A DNA stretch of 64,000 nucleotides from Gammaproteobacteria bacterium (GTDB taxonomy: Bacteria; Pseudomonadota; Gammaproteobacteria; UBA4575): positions 768,001-832,000 of the forward strand of contig CBDCUI010000009.1 of NCBI GenBank assembly GCA_965222615.1, read 5' to 3'. Shown piece after piece: positions 29,627-41,030 of the stretch (position 1 is its first letter; each line of letters starts with the position of its first letter). The notes below the pieces were generated by a model, which saw nothing but the letters and a program-made list of their open reading frames with translations, was not told the origin of the DNA and made no database searches. A program made the position numbers and the translations under genes.

Positions 29627-30067
29627 CTATTGGGTTGCTTGATAAGCGCATGACTCAACTTTAGCACTCACTCTATCGGTAAATTGTAAAAAATCTGGTT
29701 GCTTAATCGTAGTAAAAAGATGTGTGTGACACTTGCAATCGCTACAACCAAATCCTTTTATTGAAAAGGTATTAGCCATGTTTGAAAACAGCTGTGCCCA
29801 TTCATGTTCTAAATGTATCGAACCATAGTTGCACCATGCGTAAACTGGATTGGTGAACTCACGCAAATAATCGATATGCCAGTGCTTTGCTTTTGCCTGA
29901 CGAAAATGTCGTAACACTCGAGCTCGTACACCTCCTGGACCAAATGCACTACCTACATAAATATAGTAACTAGGTTCAATTACAAGCTTGCCCCATTGAC
30001 CAATTTGCACGGTTGCTTTCGAATTACTTTGCAGAATTAATGCATACGTTCCAGATTTTGGTTTCAT
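29627..30067 (-). CDS. GIY-YIG family (DUF123-like) nuclease
   Basis: GTYAL, YIYVGSAFGPGG, HWHIDYL, GFGCSDCKCHTHL. Confidence 0.85.
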   Translation of the reverse strand: MKPKSGTYALILQSNSKATVQIGQWGKLVIEPSYYIYVGSAFGPGGVRARVLRHFRQAKAKHWHIDYLREFTNPVYAWCNYGSIHLEHEWAQLFSNMANTFSIKGFGCSDCKCHTHLFTTIKQPDFLQFTDRVSAKVESCAYQATQ

Positions 30068-30124
30068 AAACTTAATCTACTGTTTAATATGAAACTAATT
30101 AAAATTCAGCTCCAGTTGTCAAAG

Positions 30125-30373
30125 TTAAGAAGCTTGTTTGCAGCCTTCAGGTTTATATACTCGTTCAGTAGATGCAGGAAACTCTTTAAGTTTATATGCT
30201 GGACGACGTGGCCTAGGCACTAATTCGCCACCACAATTTGGACATTTGCCATTAAGTATAGAATCTACACATGACACGCAAAACGTACACTCGAAAGAAC
30301 AAATTCTTGCCTCTGTAGACTCAGGCGGTAGATCTTTATTACAACATTCGCAGTTTGGTTTTAGTAAAAGCAT
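30125..30373 (-). CDS. DUF1272-like Cys-rich small protein
   Basis: LKPNCECCNKDLPP...ICSFECTFC...CPNCGGELVPRP. Confidence 0.88.
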   Translation of the reverse strand: MLLLKPNCECCNKDLPPESTEARICSFECTFCVSCVDSILNGKCPNCGGELVPRPRRPAYKLKEFPASTERVYKPEGCKQAS

Positions 30374-30522
30374 TTTTTACTCCTTGCAAAATTGAAGTTT
30401 AGGCGAAAATCTCATTTCGACCAAATACTACGCTATGTCAAACAAAATACTCCACTAAGTAAAACGTGATAATACACATAATATAAGACTCATTTATTCT
30501 TTTTATAAAATCGAACTTTTTG

Positions 30523-31233
30523 TTATTTAATAATCTTCCTCAAGAAGCTCATAATTACTTGAGAAGTTTGCTTAGGTTTCGTTTGCAAAAGCATATGCGG
30601 AGCGTCAAATTTTTCGACGGTTACTTTTTTACCATATTTTTGAACTAGCTTCATTGAACTTGCGTGAACCAACCGGTCTTTTCTTGCACGCAAATACAAA
30701 ACAGGTAACTTACATTTTTCTAATATACCGGTAACATCCACATCTGCTATTTCTCTTAGCCGATAAAAATAAACTTCGCGTGTCAATTCACGAGTTGCTG
30801 CTTGTATATTGCGAATTAACTTATCATCCGTCACACCATTCATTAACATCGTTTTGATATGCCAAGCAGGTGTTACTTTTTGAATATGTTTAGGCTTTAA
30901 AAAAGGTCGAATTAATTTGGAAAATAAAACCTGAGGATTTCGAACAAAGCTAACGCAAAGAATTATCCCTTTTAGATTTTCATCAGCATGTCGTGAAAGC
31001 ATCAATGCCAAAGGACCACCAAAAGATTCTCCAAGAATTACATACGGAGTATTTGGCAACTCATCTTTGAGATAGTGACACAGTTCATAATAAGTCATCA
31101 CCTTATCGTTAGGGTAAGAAAGAATTAATGTATTTACGCTACCGGATAATTGTTTACGTAGTGGAGAAAACAATCTACCAGTTCCATCAAACCCTGGTAA
31201 CAAAACTAATATAGGAGTTATACATTTACCCAC
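30523..31233 (-). CDS. Alpha/beta hydrolase
   Basis: LLPGFDGTG, GESFGG nucleophile elbow, APHMLL. Confidence 0.85.
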   Translation of the reverse strand: MGKCITPILVLLPGFDGTGRLFSPLRKQLSGSVNTLILSYPNDKVMTYYELCHYLKDELPNTPYVILGESFGGPLALMLSRHADENLKGIILCVSFVRNPQVLFSKLIRPFLKPKHIQKVTPAWHIKTMLMNGVTDDKLIRNIQAATRELTREVYFYRLREIADVDVTGILEKCKLPVLYLRARKDRLVHASSMKLVQKYGKKVTVEKFDAPHMLLQTKPKQTSQVIMSFLRKIIK

Positions 31234-31247
31234 TTTAGATCGTTGTA

Positions 31248-31838
31248 TTAAGATATGGGATTATTGAGAAAGTGTGTTGTTAGTTCAGTCTCTAAGTTTT
31301 GCAGCCCTCGAATGGCATCATTGTACTTTCGTGGCTTACCTTCATACATTTCAACTTTTTCACGTAAGTATAAGTGTATATCATTCCGATATTTTCTTAA
31401 CGAATGCATTTGATCTTTAAGATTATCAGAAATAATTCCATTGCAATGCAAAGCATTTATGGTCTTCTTAAAGGTTATATTCCCATTTGATAATTGATAC
31501 TGACACACGTACTCGTACATTAGTGTTTCAATAACAGCAATTACTGGAAGGCTGCAATGCCACTCCCACATAGTTCCTGCAGTCAACCCTATTTCCCATA
31601 AATTTAAGTGCCATCTATTAACGTCACAGAGTTGGATTGTACAAGCTACAGTTCTTTTTCTATCATCTGATAAATATGGCCATCTGTGGTAATGACTATC
31701 TAGAGACCGAATAATTCTTCGAGGAAATTTTACTTTTAGACATTCTTTTTCATTTTCAATATGCTGAGATAACAAATCTGCTATTTGCTGAGATATTTCT
31801 TCAAATTTAATAATTGCTTCTCTAAGATTTTCTTCCAT
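31248..31838 (-). CDS. Hypothetical protein with a HEPN-like C-terminus
   Basis: Helical C-terminus with LRKYRNDIH (R-x-x-R-N-x-x-H). Confidence 0.6.
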   Translation of the reverse strand: MEENLREAIIKFEEISQQIADLLSQHIENEKECLKVKFPRRIIRSLDSHYHRWPYLSDDRKRTVACTIQLCDVNRWHLNLWEIGLTAGTMWEWHCSLPVIAVIETLMYEYVCQYQLSNGNITFKKTINALHCNGIISDNLKDQMHSLRKYRNDIHLYLREKVEMYEGKPRKYNDAIRGLQNLETELTTHFLNNPIS

Positions 31839-31890
31839 AATTCATCCAACCTAGTCATAGTAAACTTTTAATCTTAATAATCCCATTATT

Positions 31891-32078
31891 TGCTTGACGA
31901 GCAAGCAGATAAGACTGCCAACAAATGGACACGGATGTTCATTTGAGGCGCGTGACACCTGGATGGTGTCTCGTGCCGACGGCATAGTTGTTCTGTGAAG
32001 CGAGTGTCCCGTTGGGCAAGCAAATTTGGGTGTCCTTTCTTTTGGTTCGTTTTCTTTGGACAAGCAAAGAAAATGAAC
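31891..32078. repeat. GC-richer structured intergenic repeat (MITE/REP-like)
   Basis: Terminal hairpin gttcgttttctttg-gacaag-caaagaaaatgaac plus internal stems; resembles widespread proteobacterial TTCTTTGG...GCAAAGAAA repeats. Confidence 0.6.
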
Positions 32079-32198
32079 AACTAAACTTTTTTAATTTAAT
32101 TAAAGAACTGAACGTTCACTTCTTGCCGAAAACTAAAACAACCTAAGCCCCTCAACCCTTCGTTTAAAAACTTTCTACCTTATGCTGAAGCTTGTACC

Positions 32199-33464
32199 TC
32201 AAGCTCGCAAAATTCCCTTCTCTCCTTCAGTACGCCCTATTATAACCGCCCCACAGGAATCACTAAACACATTGACTGCTGTTCTACACATGTCTAGCAC
32301 TCGATCTACTGCCAGAATCAAGCCAATACCTTCTGCAGGCAATCCAATCGCCGCTAATATGATGGCAATGGCAACCAAACTTGCCGAGGGTATACCTGCA
32401 ACTCCAATGGAAGTCATCAAAGCCAACACAATAATGGAAAATTGCGTGGCAACCGTTAGATCTAAACCATATGCCTGGGCAATAAAGATTGCGGCTACAC
32501 ATTCATATAATGCCGTGCCATCCATATTGACTGTCGCACCGAGTGGCAACACAAAACTGGTAACGCGATTGGAGACACCTGCACGATCTTGTACACAATC
32601 GATAGTGACGGGCAATGTTGCAGAGGACGACGCCGTAGAAAATGCAGTTAACAATGCAGGAGCCATTGCTTGGTAATGTTTAATCGGATTCACACCACCA
32701 ACAAACCGCAACAGTAACGGCATAACCACGACAATATGAATGAGTAAAGCGATAATTACCGTGATAAAAAATGTAAGCAGTGGTTTAAAGGCATCAAATC
32801 CTGAAATCACTACGACTTTGGCTACCAATGCAAACACGCCGATAGGAGCAAATTTCATTACTAAGTCTGTAATGAGCATCATGACATCAAACACTCCTTG
32901 CCAAAATGTTTGCAGCACTTTTTGAGTATCTAGTTTTATCTTAGTCATGAAAAAGCCAAACAACAGACTGAAAAAGATCAGTCCCAACATTTGCCCTTCT
33001 GCAGCAGCTTTAACAATATTGGTTGGAATCATGCGCAGAAAAATTCCCACTACATCACCAGCCGATTTACCTTCTACTTTTTCCATAACTTCACTGGTGT
33101 CTTCACTGAGACCCAACATTTCTTTTGCAGGCGTGCCATCGACGATACCAGGCTGCACAATATTAACGACTGTAATACCAATCAGAATGGCGAACGTACT
33201 TGTGATCACATAGTAAAGTAAGGTTTTGCCACCCAAACGCCCAAAGGCATCACTAGAACCAAGATTGCTCACGCCCATAATGATCGAAGAAGCGATCAAG
33301 GGAACAATAATCATCTTCAAGGCGTTTAAAAACAGCTTGCCAACAAAATCAAAAATGGAAACTAAGGATACCCCTAACAAAGTTGATTCAGGATTGACTA
33401 ACCAACCGACAAATACTGCCAATAGCAGTGCAATGAGAATTTGCCAATGAAGTTTAAGCTTCAT
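32199..33464 (-). CDS. Dicarboxylate/amino acid:cation symporter (GltP/DAACS family)
   Basis: FLNALKMIIVPLI, AFSTASSSATLP, LPLGATVNMDGTALY, DMCRTAVNV. Confidence 0.95.
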   Translation of the reverse strand: MKLKLHWQILIALLLAVFVGWLVNPESTLLGVSLVSIFDFVGKLFLNALKMIIVPLIASSIIMGVSNLGSSDAFGRLGGKTLLYYVITSTFAILIGITVVNIVQPGIVDGTPAKEMLGLSEDTSEVMEKVEGKSAGDVVGIFLRMIPTNIVKAAAEGQMLGLIFFSLLFGFFMTKIKLDTQKVLQTFWQGVFDVMMLITDLVMKFAPIGVFALVAKVVVISGFDAFKPLLTFFITVIIALLIHIVVVMPLLLRFVGGVNPIKHYQAMAPALLTAFSTASSSATLPVTIDCVQDRAGVSNRVTSFVLPLGATVNMDGTALYECVAAIFIAQAYGLDLTVATQFSIIVLALMTSIGVAGIPSASLVAIAIILAAIGLPAEGIGLILAVDRVLDMCRTAVNVFSDSCGAVIIGRTEGEKGILRA

Positions 33465-33517
33465 GGCCAAAGAGTATAACAGAATTAACTATACTAAATT
33501 TTTAAAGACTATGTATG

Positions 33518-35431
33518 CTATTGCGCGCTTAAACTATCTTCAAAAATCTGCACATCAGCAGTTTGTCGGATAGCATCGATTACTGCATTGAATTCGCGAC
33601 GGCCATAATTAACTCGTTGTGAAAGTTGCGCTGCTTTCTCGTCATCTAATTCTGCAGCATCTTCTTTCACTTCACTTAGTTCAAGTAAGACATAGGTTCC
33701 ATCCGGCATTTCCATACCGTCTTTAATGACCTGCCCAGTATCTGGTCGTGGGAGATTAAATACATGCTGCATAAGCGTAAACGCTACACTGCTATCATCA
33801 CGCTTTAATGCACCAGGATTTTTCAGCTCGAGTGAATGCTCAGAAGCTATTTTTTCCAATGAGGCTCCTGCTTGAAGATCTGCTAACAGCTTCTTTCCCT
33901 CTGTAGTGGCTTGCTCAGCTGCTTTGCGCACAGCTATTGCGCCTTTTATTTCATCTGTTACTTCTTCCAATGGCTTTGTAGATGACTCTTTATATTCCAG
34001 TAAGCGAAACGCAATGACATGTCCATCGGCAACTTGTATTAACTCACTATTTAGTTCTTCTTTTAGAATATTTTGAGAAAATGCTAGAGCTTTAACCTTA
34101 GGAAATTCAAAAATTTCAGCATTACTATTTGATGCAAGCCAATCAGTTTGTTTAATTTCCAAATCATAATCACCAGAAACTTCAGGTAATTCATCGGGTT
34201 GTTCAAACACCAAATTTGATAGCTCTTCAGCGATTTCAATAAATTGCTCTTGCGCTAATTGACCTTTACGTTCATTTATTATCTTTTCGCGTACAGATTC
34301 GAAAGGTTTTTGTTCCGAAGCTTGTATTTCATCTAACTTAAAAATCTGAATACCTTGTTCTGTGCGTACTGGTCTTGAATACTCGCCAACTTTTAATGAA
34401 AACAACGTATCCTCTAATTCCTTATTCGTGAAATCTCCAGCCGCAATTAAACCAATTTCGCCACCTTTGTCTGCAGACAAACTATCCTGTGAATGCTGTG
34501 TAGCCAATTCAGCAAAGTCGCCACCATCATCCAGTTGCTTAACTAATTCATTCGCTTTATCTAAGGCCTCATCCCATTCCAGACCATCTGCCCCCGCTTC
34601 ATTCGGTACTTTGAGTAAGATATGACGAGTCTTTCGTAACTCATCTGTCATATAGCGTTCAGGTTGTCCATCGTAGATTGCCCGCACGTCTTCTGCATTA
34701 ACCGTGATTTCTTTTACTAAATCTTCTTCTTTTAACTCAACATAGGCGAGCTTGACTTGTTCAGGAGTTTGAAATAGTTGTTGATTTTCATTGTAGTAAT
34801 TACGACTTTCTTCATCTGATACTGAAATCGTATCCGAACTGACTTTTACAATGGCATAGTCGAAATCTCGTGTTTGTTCAGAAAGTTTTTGAAAACGCTG
34901 CAAATCTGCTTTGGGTATAAAAGATGACGCCGCTAACGATGCTTCCATTTGTCTTAATTGTTCTTGCTCACGTATTTCACGTTCAAATTGCGCCTTGTTA
35001 TAGCGACCTGCTGATAATGACCGTTCATACAATGCAGGATCAAACTTTCCATCTTGTTGGAATTGGGGAATTTGCTGAATATTTTTAATTAAACTGGCAT
35101 CACTAATTCGATAACCAGCATCGGTAACTTCTTGACGCAATAATTCTGTCCGTACCATGGAATTAATGACGTCTTTCCTAATTGCACCTTCATCAGGATA
35201 CTGTTGTTGGTAGTTGTTTCCCAAGATAGCTCGCAATCTTTGTTTATATTGCTGAAACTGATTATTAAACTGAACTTGTGAGATTTCGTTTCCATTAATC
35301 TCAGCTACAGGTACAGTCGCTCCCCCACCAAAATATTCTTGAATCCCCCAAAGTGCAAAAGACAATACTAATAATCCAATAATGATATAGGCCACCCAAC
35401 TACTAGCTCTGTCACGAATTTCAATAAGCAT
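33518..35431 (-). CDS. ppiD: Periplasmic chaperone/PPIase PpiD
   Basis: N-terminal TM + SurA-like domain, parvulin RHILL...FAELATQHSQDSLSADKGGEIG; position after hupB/tRNAs. Confidence 0.92.
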   Translation of the reverse strand: MLIEIRDRASSWVAYIIIGLLVLSFALWGIQEYFGGGATVPVAEINGNEISQVQFNNQFQQYKQRLRAILGNNYQQQYPDEGAIRKDVINSMVRTELLRQEVTDAGYRISDASLIKNIQQIPQFQQDGKFDPALYERSLSAGRYNKAQFEREIREQEQLRQMEASLAASSFIPKADLQRFQKLSEQTRDFDYAIVKVSSDTISVSDEESRNYYNENQQLFQTPEQVKLAYVELKEEDLVKEITVNAEDVRAIYDGQPERYMTDELRKTRHILLKVPNEAGADGLEWDEALDKANELVKQLDDGGDFAELATQHSQDSLSADKGGEIGLIAAGDFTNKELEDTLFSLKVGEYSRPVRTEQGIQIFKLDEIQASEQKPFESVREKIINERKGQLAQEQFIEIAEELSNLVFEQPDELPEVSGDYDLEIKQTDWLASNSNAEIFEFPKVKALAFSQNILKEELNSELIQVADGHVIAFRLLEYKESSTKPLEEVTDEIKGAIAVRKAAEQATTEGKKLLADLQAGASLEKIASEHSLELKNPGALKRDDSSVAFTLMQHVFNLPRPDTGQVIKDGMEMPDGTYVLLELSEVKEDAAELDDEKAAQLSQRVNYGRREFNAVIDAIRQTADVQIFEDSLSAQ

Positions 35432-35630
35432 TTTTTATTTTATTCCTTGCAAATCTCTTTAAATTACAAGCTTCAATAAATATGAAAACTTATGCATTTT
35501 TTAAGAATTAAGTTCAACCACTAAAGTTAAGCTTGTGATTGTATAGGTGATTTTAAGTGACGCGCATTATAATAGATGGCGAGTATTTTGGCTCGCACTT
35601 CAGTCTTACATAAAATGTTGCCCAGAAAAA

Positions 35631-35707
35631 TGGCGGAGTGGACGGGATTCGAACCCGCGACCCCCGGCGTGACAGGCCGGTATTCTAACCAGCTGAACTA
35701 CCACTCC
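35631..35707 (-). tRNA. tRNA-Asp(GTC)
   Basis: GGAGTGGTAGTTCAGCTGGTTAGAATACCGGCCTGTCACGCCGG...GGTTCGAATCCC...CCA cloverleaf. Confidence 0.97.
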
Positions 35708-35715
35708 GTCATGCG

Positions 35716-35791
35716 TGGTGGGTGCTGAGGGATTCGAACCCCCGACATCCGCCTTGTAAGGGCGACGCTCTACCAGCTGAGCTAAGCACCC
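35716..35791 (-). tRNA. tRNA-Val(TAC)
   Basis: GGGTGCTTAGCTCAGCTGGTAGAGCGTCGCCCTTACAAGGCG...CCA. Confidence 0.97.
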
Positions 35792-35802
35792 CAAAAGGCG
35801 CG

Positions 35803-36075
35803 CTAGTTTACGGCATCCTTTAAACCTTTGCCAGCTTTGAAACTAGGCACTTTAGAGGCTGCAATTTGAATGGTTTCACCGGTGCGCGGATTGCGGCCGG
35901 TACGAGCATTACGTTGCTTTACTTGAAAGGTGCCAAATCCTACTAAAGACACCGAATCACCTCGACACAGTGCAGCAGTAATGGAATCTAATACGGCATC
36001 GACCGCTCGTGCACCATCGGCTTTAGACGCATTGGTTGCATTCGCCACTGCATCTGCAAGTTCACTTTTATTCAT
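35803..36075 (-). CDS. hupB: DNA-binding protein HU
   Basis: [11 protein letters not shown]...GFGTF...[14 protein letters not shown]; follows lon. Confidence 0.95.
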   Translation of the reverse strand: MNKSELADAVANATNASKADGARAVDAVLDSITAALCRGDSVSLVGFGTFQVKQRNARTGRNPRTGETIQIAASKVPSFKAGKGLKDAVN

Positions 36076-36285
36076 TGAACAAACTCCCCCTAGTTGATAT
36101 GCAATTAAAAAAATACATGTTAAATGTAAGAGACGATAACAGTTCATATATCTCGATATCATCATACGAGATATGCAGAAGCGTGTTTGTTGATAACTGA
36201 TTTTTGATGATCGCTTGGCTACTAGACAATTAAACGCTAGTGTTATACCAAGCGCTTCCGAAGCAAGTCAATAAACAAAGAACAA

Positions 36286-38730
36286 TTAATGTGCTTGTAC
36301 TGGCTTACGTTTTTGTGCAGATTTCTTGCGTTTCCCGGCTACGGTACCCACCTCATCAGCTTCCGCTAATGGTTCAGGCATGTTTACCAATGCAACTTGA
36401 AGTACTTCATCAATCCACTGTACTGGAATGATTTCAAGCTTTTGTTTGATATTCTTAGGAATCTCGCTTAAATCTTTTTCATTCTCTTTGGGAATCAAAA
36501 CCGTCTTAATTTCACCTCGATGAGCGGCCAAAAGCTTCTCTTTTAGGCCTCCAATAGGCAAAACTTCGCCTCTTAAAGTAATTTCTCCAGTCATGGCCAC
36601 ATCTGCCCGAACTGGAATTTTTGTCAATGCAGAGACAATGGCAGTGGTCATGCCAACACCGGCACTAGGCCCGTCTTTCTTAACGGCACCCTCTGGAACG
36701 TGGATATGGATATCGGAACTCTCATAAAAGTCGGCTGCAATACCCAAAATAGCGGCACGACTGCGCACCACGGTGTGAGCTACTTGTATAGACTCTTGCA
36801 TCACATCTTCTAACTGTCCGGTGCGGCTGGTTTTGCCTTTACCTGGAACTACTACCGCTTCAATCGTGAGCAATTCTCCACCGACTTCTGTCCAAGCCAG
36901 ACCTGTAACTTGACCGACTTGATCATTTTCATCTGCTAAACCATAACGAAAACGTTTCACGCCAAGATATTTTTCTAGAGAACGCGGTGTGATAGACACA
37001 ACTTTTTTACTATCACCTAACACAATTGACTTCACTACTTTACGACAAATTTTTGAAATTTCTCTTTCCAGATTTCGCACACCTGCTTCTCGTGTGTAAT
37101 AACGAATCATGTCGCGTATTGCTGTGTCGCTAATTTTTATTTCATTTTCTTTTAAACCATTTGCTTTAAGCTGCTTGGGCACTAGATAACGTATAGCAAT
37201 ATTTTTCTTTTCATCTTCGGTATAGCCAGGCAAGCGAATAACTTCCATACGATCTAATAGCGGTCCTGGAATATTCAAGCTATTTGCAGTCGCTACAAAC
37301 ATGACATCAGATAAATCAAAATCTACTTCTAAGTAGTGATCAGCAAAGGTATGGTTTTGCTCAGGATCAAGCACCTCCAACATTGCAGAAGCTGGATCAC
37401 CACGAAAGTCCATCGCCATTTTGTCGATCTCATCTAACAAAAATAATGGATTGCGCACGCCGACTTTAGATAAATTTTGAATAATCTTGCCTGGTAACGA
37501 ACCGATATAGGTACGACGGTGCCCACGTATTTCTGCTTCATCTCGTACACCACCTAACGACATACGCGTAAACTTTCTACTGGTCGCCCGTGCAATTGAT
37601 TTTCCAATGGATGTCTTACCTACACCGGGAGGACCCACTAAACATAAAATAGGCCCTTTAGACTTTTTCACGCGCTGTTGCACAGCAAGATATTCAATAA
37701 TCCGTTCTTTTACTTTTTCAAGACCATAATGGTCTTCTTCTAATATCTGCTCTGCGGTAGTTAAATCTTTGCGTACTTTGGATTTCTTTCTCCAAGGCGC
37801 GCTCACTAACCAATCAATGTAATTGCGAACCACAGTCGCCTCAGCAGACATTGGCGACATCATTTTGAGTTTGTTGAGTTCCGCAGTGGCTTTCTTTTTA
37901 GCCTCTTTAGACATGCCCACTTTTTCGATTTTTTCCGCGAGCTCATCTACTTCATTAGGCGCTTCTTCGAGCTCACCCAATTCCTTTTGAATAGCTTTCA
38001 TTTGCTCGTTTAAGTAATACTCGCGCTGCGATTTCTCCATTTGCTGTTTGACACGACCACGTATGCGTTTTTCAATTTGCAATACATCGAGTTCGCCTTC
38101 TATTAAGCTAACTAAATGCTCAAGTCGTTTACGCACACTACTAATCTCGAGTACATGTTGCTTTTCATCTAGCTTTAATGACATATGTGCGGCTATAGTA
38201 TCGGCAAGTCGGGTGGGCTCATCAATACCCGCTAACGAAGTTAAAACTTCTGGAGGTACTTTTTTATTGAGCTTGACATATTGTTCAAACAAATTAGTTA
38301 CAGAACGGGCTAATACTTCTAGCTCTTTTTCATCATCTGTTTCATCATCAGAACTTAGCAATGATATTTGTGCACTAAAAAATTCTTCGTCATCAATATA
38401 TTCATCAACTTGTGCACGTTCGACACCTTCGACTAATACCTTTATGGTGCCATCGGGTAATTTCAACAGCTGCAAGATGGTTGATAGCGTGCCAATCTGG
38501 TGAATTTCTTCTGTACCTGGTTCATCCAGCTCAGCACTTTTTTGCGCAACTAATAAGATCTGCTTGTTATCTGCCATAGCGGCATCTAAGGCCTTGATGG
38601 ATTTATCTCGGCCAACAAACAATGGAATCACCATATGTGGATAGACCACAACGTCACGCAACGGCAACACGGGAACTACTTGGATATTGGGTCGATCGAT
38701 CACTTCAGTTGGAACTTGCTCATCACTCAT
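36286..38730 (-). CDS. lon: Lon protease
   Basis: [32 protein letters not shown]. Confidence 0.98.
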   Translation of the reverse strand: MSDEQVPTEVIDRPNIQVVPVLPLRDVVVYPHMVIPLFVGRDKSIKALDAAMADNKQILLVAQKSAELDEPGTEEIHQIGTLSTILQLLKLPDGTIKVLVEGVERAQVDEYIDDEEFFSAQISLLSSDDETDDEKELEVLARSVTNLFEQYVKLNKKVPPEVLTSLAGIDEPTRLADTIAAHMSLKLDEKQHVLEISSVRKRLEHLVSLIEGELDVLQIEKRIRGRVKQQMEKSQREYYLNEQMKAIQKELGELEEAPNEVDELAEKIEKVGMSKEAKKKATAELNKLKMMSPMSAEATVVRNYIDWLVSAPWRKKSKVRKDLTTAEQILEEDHYGLEKVKERIIEYLAVQQRVKKSKGPILCLVGPPGVGKTSIGKSIARATSRKFTRMSLGGVRDEAEIRGHRRTYIGSLPGKIIQNLSKVGVRNPLFLLDEIDKMAMDFRGDPASAMLEVLDPEQNHTFADHYLEVDFDLSDVMFVATANSLNIPGPLLDRMEVIRLPGYTEDEKKNIAIRYLVPKQLKANGLKENEIKISDTAIRDMIRYYTREAGVRNLEREISKICRKVVKSIVLGDSKKVVSITPRSLEKYLGVKRFRYGLADENDQVGQVTGLAWTEVGGELLTIEAVVVPGKGKTSRTGQLEDVMQESIQVAHTVVRSRAAILGIAADFYESSDIHIHVPEGAVKKDGPSAGVGMTTAIVSALTKIPVRADVAMTGEITLRGEVLPIGGLKEKLLAAHRGEIKTVLIPKENEKDLSEIPKNIKQKLEIIPVQWIDEVLQVALVNMPEPLAEADEVGTVAGKRKKSAQKRKPVQAH

Positions 38731-38902
38731 AAAAAATCTTCTTTTAGATTTGCATTAGAATTACATATAGTTGGGTTTATCAACTATTTAACGGCTTTAG
38801 GGAAAAGACATTTAGCCTAAAGATGGGGGCTTTTACACTAAAATTCAAGGCTTTTTAGGTATAACTGGATGTTGTTGTGAGCTCGAGGGCTCAGTTTTGA
38901 CA

Positions 38903-40189
38903 TTAACCGTCGTCTGATGCCGCCTTTTCGTATTCAGAGCCTTCGTAAATCAGATAAGGCTTGGAATCACCCATGATGACAGATTCATCAATCACAACCT
39001 TACTGATACTGTTTTGCGAGGGTATGTCATACATGGTATCCAACAACACATTCTCCAAGATTGTGCGCAAACCTCTGGCACCGGTTTTACGATCCATCGC
39101 TTTTCGTGCTACTGCATAGAGTGCATTTTCACGAAACTCGATTTCAACGCCTTCCATCTCGAATAAGCGGTGATATTGTTTGGTGATGGCATTTTTGGGC
39201 TCCGTCAATATTCGTACCAGTGCTTCCTCATCTAACTCTTCTAAGGTAGCCACTACTGGCAAACGGCCTACGAATTCTGGAATAAGTCCGTACTTAATTA
39301 AATCCTCAGGTTCAACATTATGCAAAATCTCACCCAACTTAATTGCATTTTCTTTAGTACGTACTTCGGCTGAAAAACCAATACCACCTTTTTCTGTGCG
39401 ATCGAGAATAACTTTATCAAGACCGGCAAATGCGCCACCACAAATGAAAAGAATGTTACTGGTATCTACTTGTAAGAATTCTTGTTGCGGGTGCTTACGT
39501 CCACCTTGCGGAGGAACAGATGCTATTGTGCCCTCAATTAATTTTAATAACGCCTGTTGAACGCCTTCGCCAGATACATCGCGAGTAATAGATGGATTAT
39601 CTGATTTGCGAGAAATTTTATCGATCTCATCTATGTAAACAATTCCCGTCTGCGCTTTATCAACATCGTAATCGCATTTTTGCAATAGCTTCTGAATGAT
39701 ATTTTCTACATCTTCTCCCACATAACCCGCTTCGGTTAATGTAGTCGCATCCGCTATAGTAAATGGAACGTTTAACAAACGCGCTAAGGTTTCTGCTAAT
39801 AATGTTTTACCTGAACCAGTTGGACCCACTAAGAGAATGTTACTTTTCGCTAATTCAACTACATTCTTACTAGTACTTCGTGCATCCAATCTCTTATAGT
39901 GGTTATAGACCGCTACCGATAAAACTTTTTTAGCGCGATCCTGACCAATTACATATTCATCAAGGATTGAATTAATTTCTACAGGTTTGGGCAGCTTTGA
40001 GCCACCAGTTGGAGACTGATCCTGCATCTCCTCACGAATGATGTCGTTACACAATTCGACACATTCATCACATATGAATACCGACGGACCAGCGATAAGT
40101 TTGCGGACCTCATGCTGACTTTTGCCACAAAAAGAGCAGTATAGAAGTTTGCCGCTGTCCTGATCCTTGGTTGTATTTTCGTCACTCAT
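38903..40189 (-). CDS. clpX: ClpX ATPase
   Basis: CSFCGK zinc finger, [25 protein letters not shown] loop. Confidence 0.98.
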   Translation of the reverse strand: MSDENTTKDQDSGKLLYCSFCGKSQHEVRKLIAGPSVFICDECVELCNDIIREEMQDQSPTGGSKLPKPVEINSILDEYVIGQDRAKKVLSVAVYNHYKRLDARSTSKNVVELAKSNILLVGPTGSGKTLLAETLARLLNVPFTIADATTLTEAGYVGEDVENIIQKLLQKCDYDVDKAQTGIVYIDEIDKISRKSDNPSITRDVSGEGVQQALLKLIEGTIASVPPQGGRKHPQQEFLQVDTSNILFICGGAFAGLDKVILDRTEKGGIGFSAEVRTKENAIKLGEILHNVEPEDLIKYGLIPEFVGRLPVVATLEELDEEALVRILTEPKNAITKQYHRLFEMEGVEIEFRENALYAVARKAMDRKTGARGLRTILENVLLDTMYDIPSQNSISKVVIDESVIMGDSKPYLIYEGSEYEKAASDDG

Positions 40190-40366
40190 GGCAACTTGCT
40201 GGGCAATGAAATAATTAAGACGCCGTCACTTGGCTATGGTTTAACTGAATATATCTGATATTCCGTAAGGAAATATGCCTCTAGTTAGCATTACTATACG
40301 CTTAAATGTTGTTGTTGTGCAGGTCTATTCGTGATCAATATTTGACCACAGACACAAAAATAACAC

Positions 40367-41011
40367 TTAGCTTGATGGCTTTTCTCTACGTTTCTCTAGC
40401 AGCTCATCGATTAACCCATACTCCTTTGCCTCCTTACTATTCATAAAGTTATCGCGTTCGGTATCTTGAGCAATGCGCTCAACTGGTTGACCTGTGTGAT
40501 AGGCAAATATCTGATTGAGCTCTTCGCGAATCTTTAATATTTCCTTAGCATGAATATCGATATCCGTAGCTTGTCCCTGAAAACCCCCTAACGGTTGATG
40601 AATCATGACTCTAGAATGCGGTAATGCATAACGCTTATTTTTAGCACCACCAGCAAGTAACAACGCACCCATGCTAGCTGCTTGTCCTACGCATAAAGTA
40701 CTCACGTCTGGACTGGTAAATTGCATGGTGTCATAAATCGCCATTCCAGCACTTACAGATCCACCCGGTGAATTGATGTACACCGAAATGTCTTTGTCAG
40801 GATTTTCTGATTCAAGAAATAACAATTGCGCAACTACTAAATTAGCCATTTGATCTTCAATTGGCCCGACAATAAAAACGACGCGCTCTTTTAATAATCG
40901 CGAATAAATATCATACGCGCGTTCGCCACGGGCAGATTGCTCCACCACCATCGGCACTAAATTTAATGCTTGCGTATTTAGACCACCACTATTCGATTGA
41001 ACTTTTCCCAT
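40367..41011 (-). CDS. clpP: ClpP protease subunit
   Basis: [28 protein letters not shown]; start taken at MGKVQ. Confidence 0.98.
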   Translation of the reverse strand: MGKVQSNSGGLNTQALNLVPMVVEQSARGERAYDIYSRLLKERVVFIVGPIEDQMANLVVAQLLFLESENPDKDISVYINSPGGSVSAGMAIYDTMQFTSPDVSTLCVGQAASMGALLLAGGAKNKRYALPHSRVMIHQPLGGFQGQATDIDIHAKEILKIREELNQIFAYHTGQPVERIAQDTERDNFMNSKEAKEYGLIDELLEKRREKPSS

Positions 41012-41030
41012 AATACTTGCCCTATATGTT

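Noticed and set aside
31851-32080. Two short ORFs (70 and 64 aa)
   Set aside because: They lie within the structured repeat element and are probably spurious
35606-35794. Short ORFs over tRNA genes (also 45824-46021, 46127-46333, 60125-60382)
   Set aside because: They are translations of tRNA genes, not proteins
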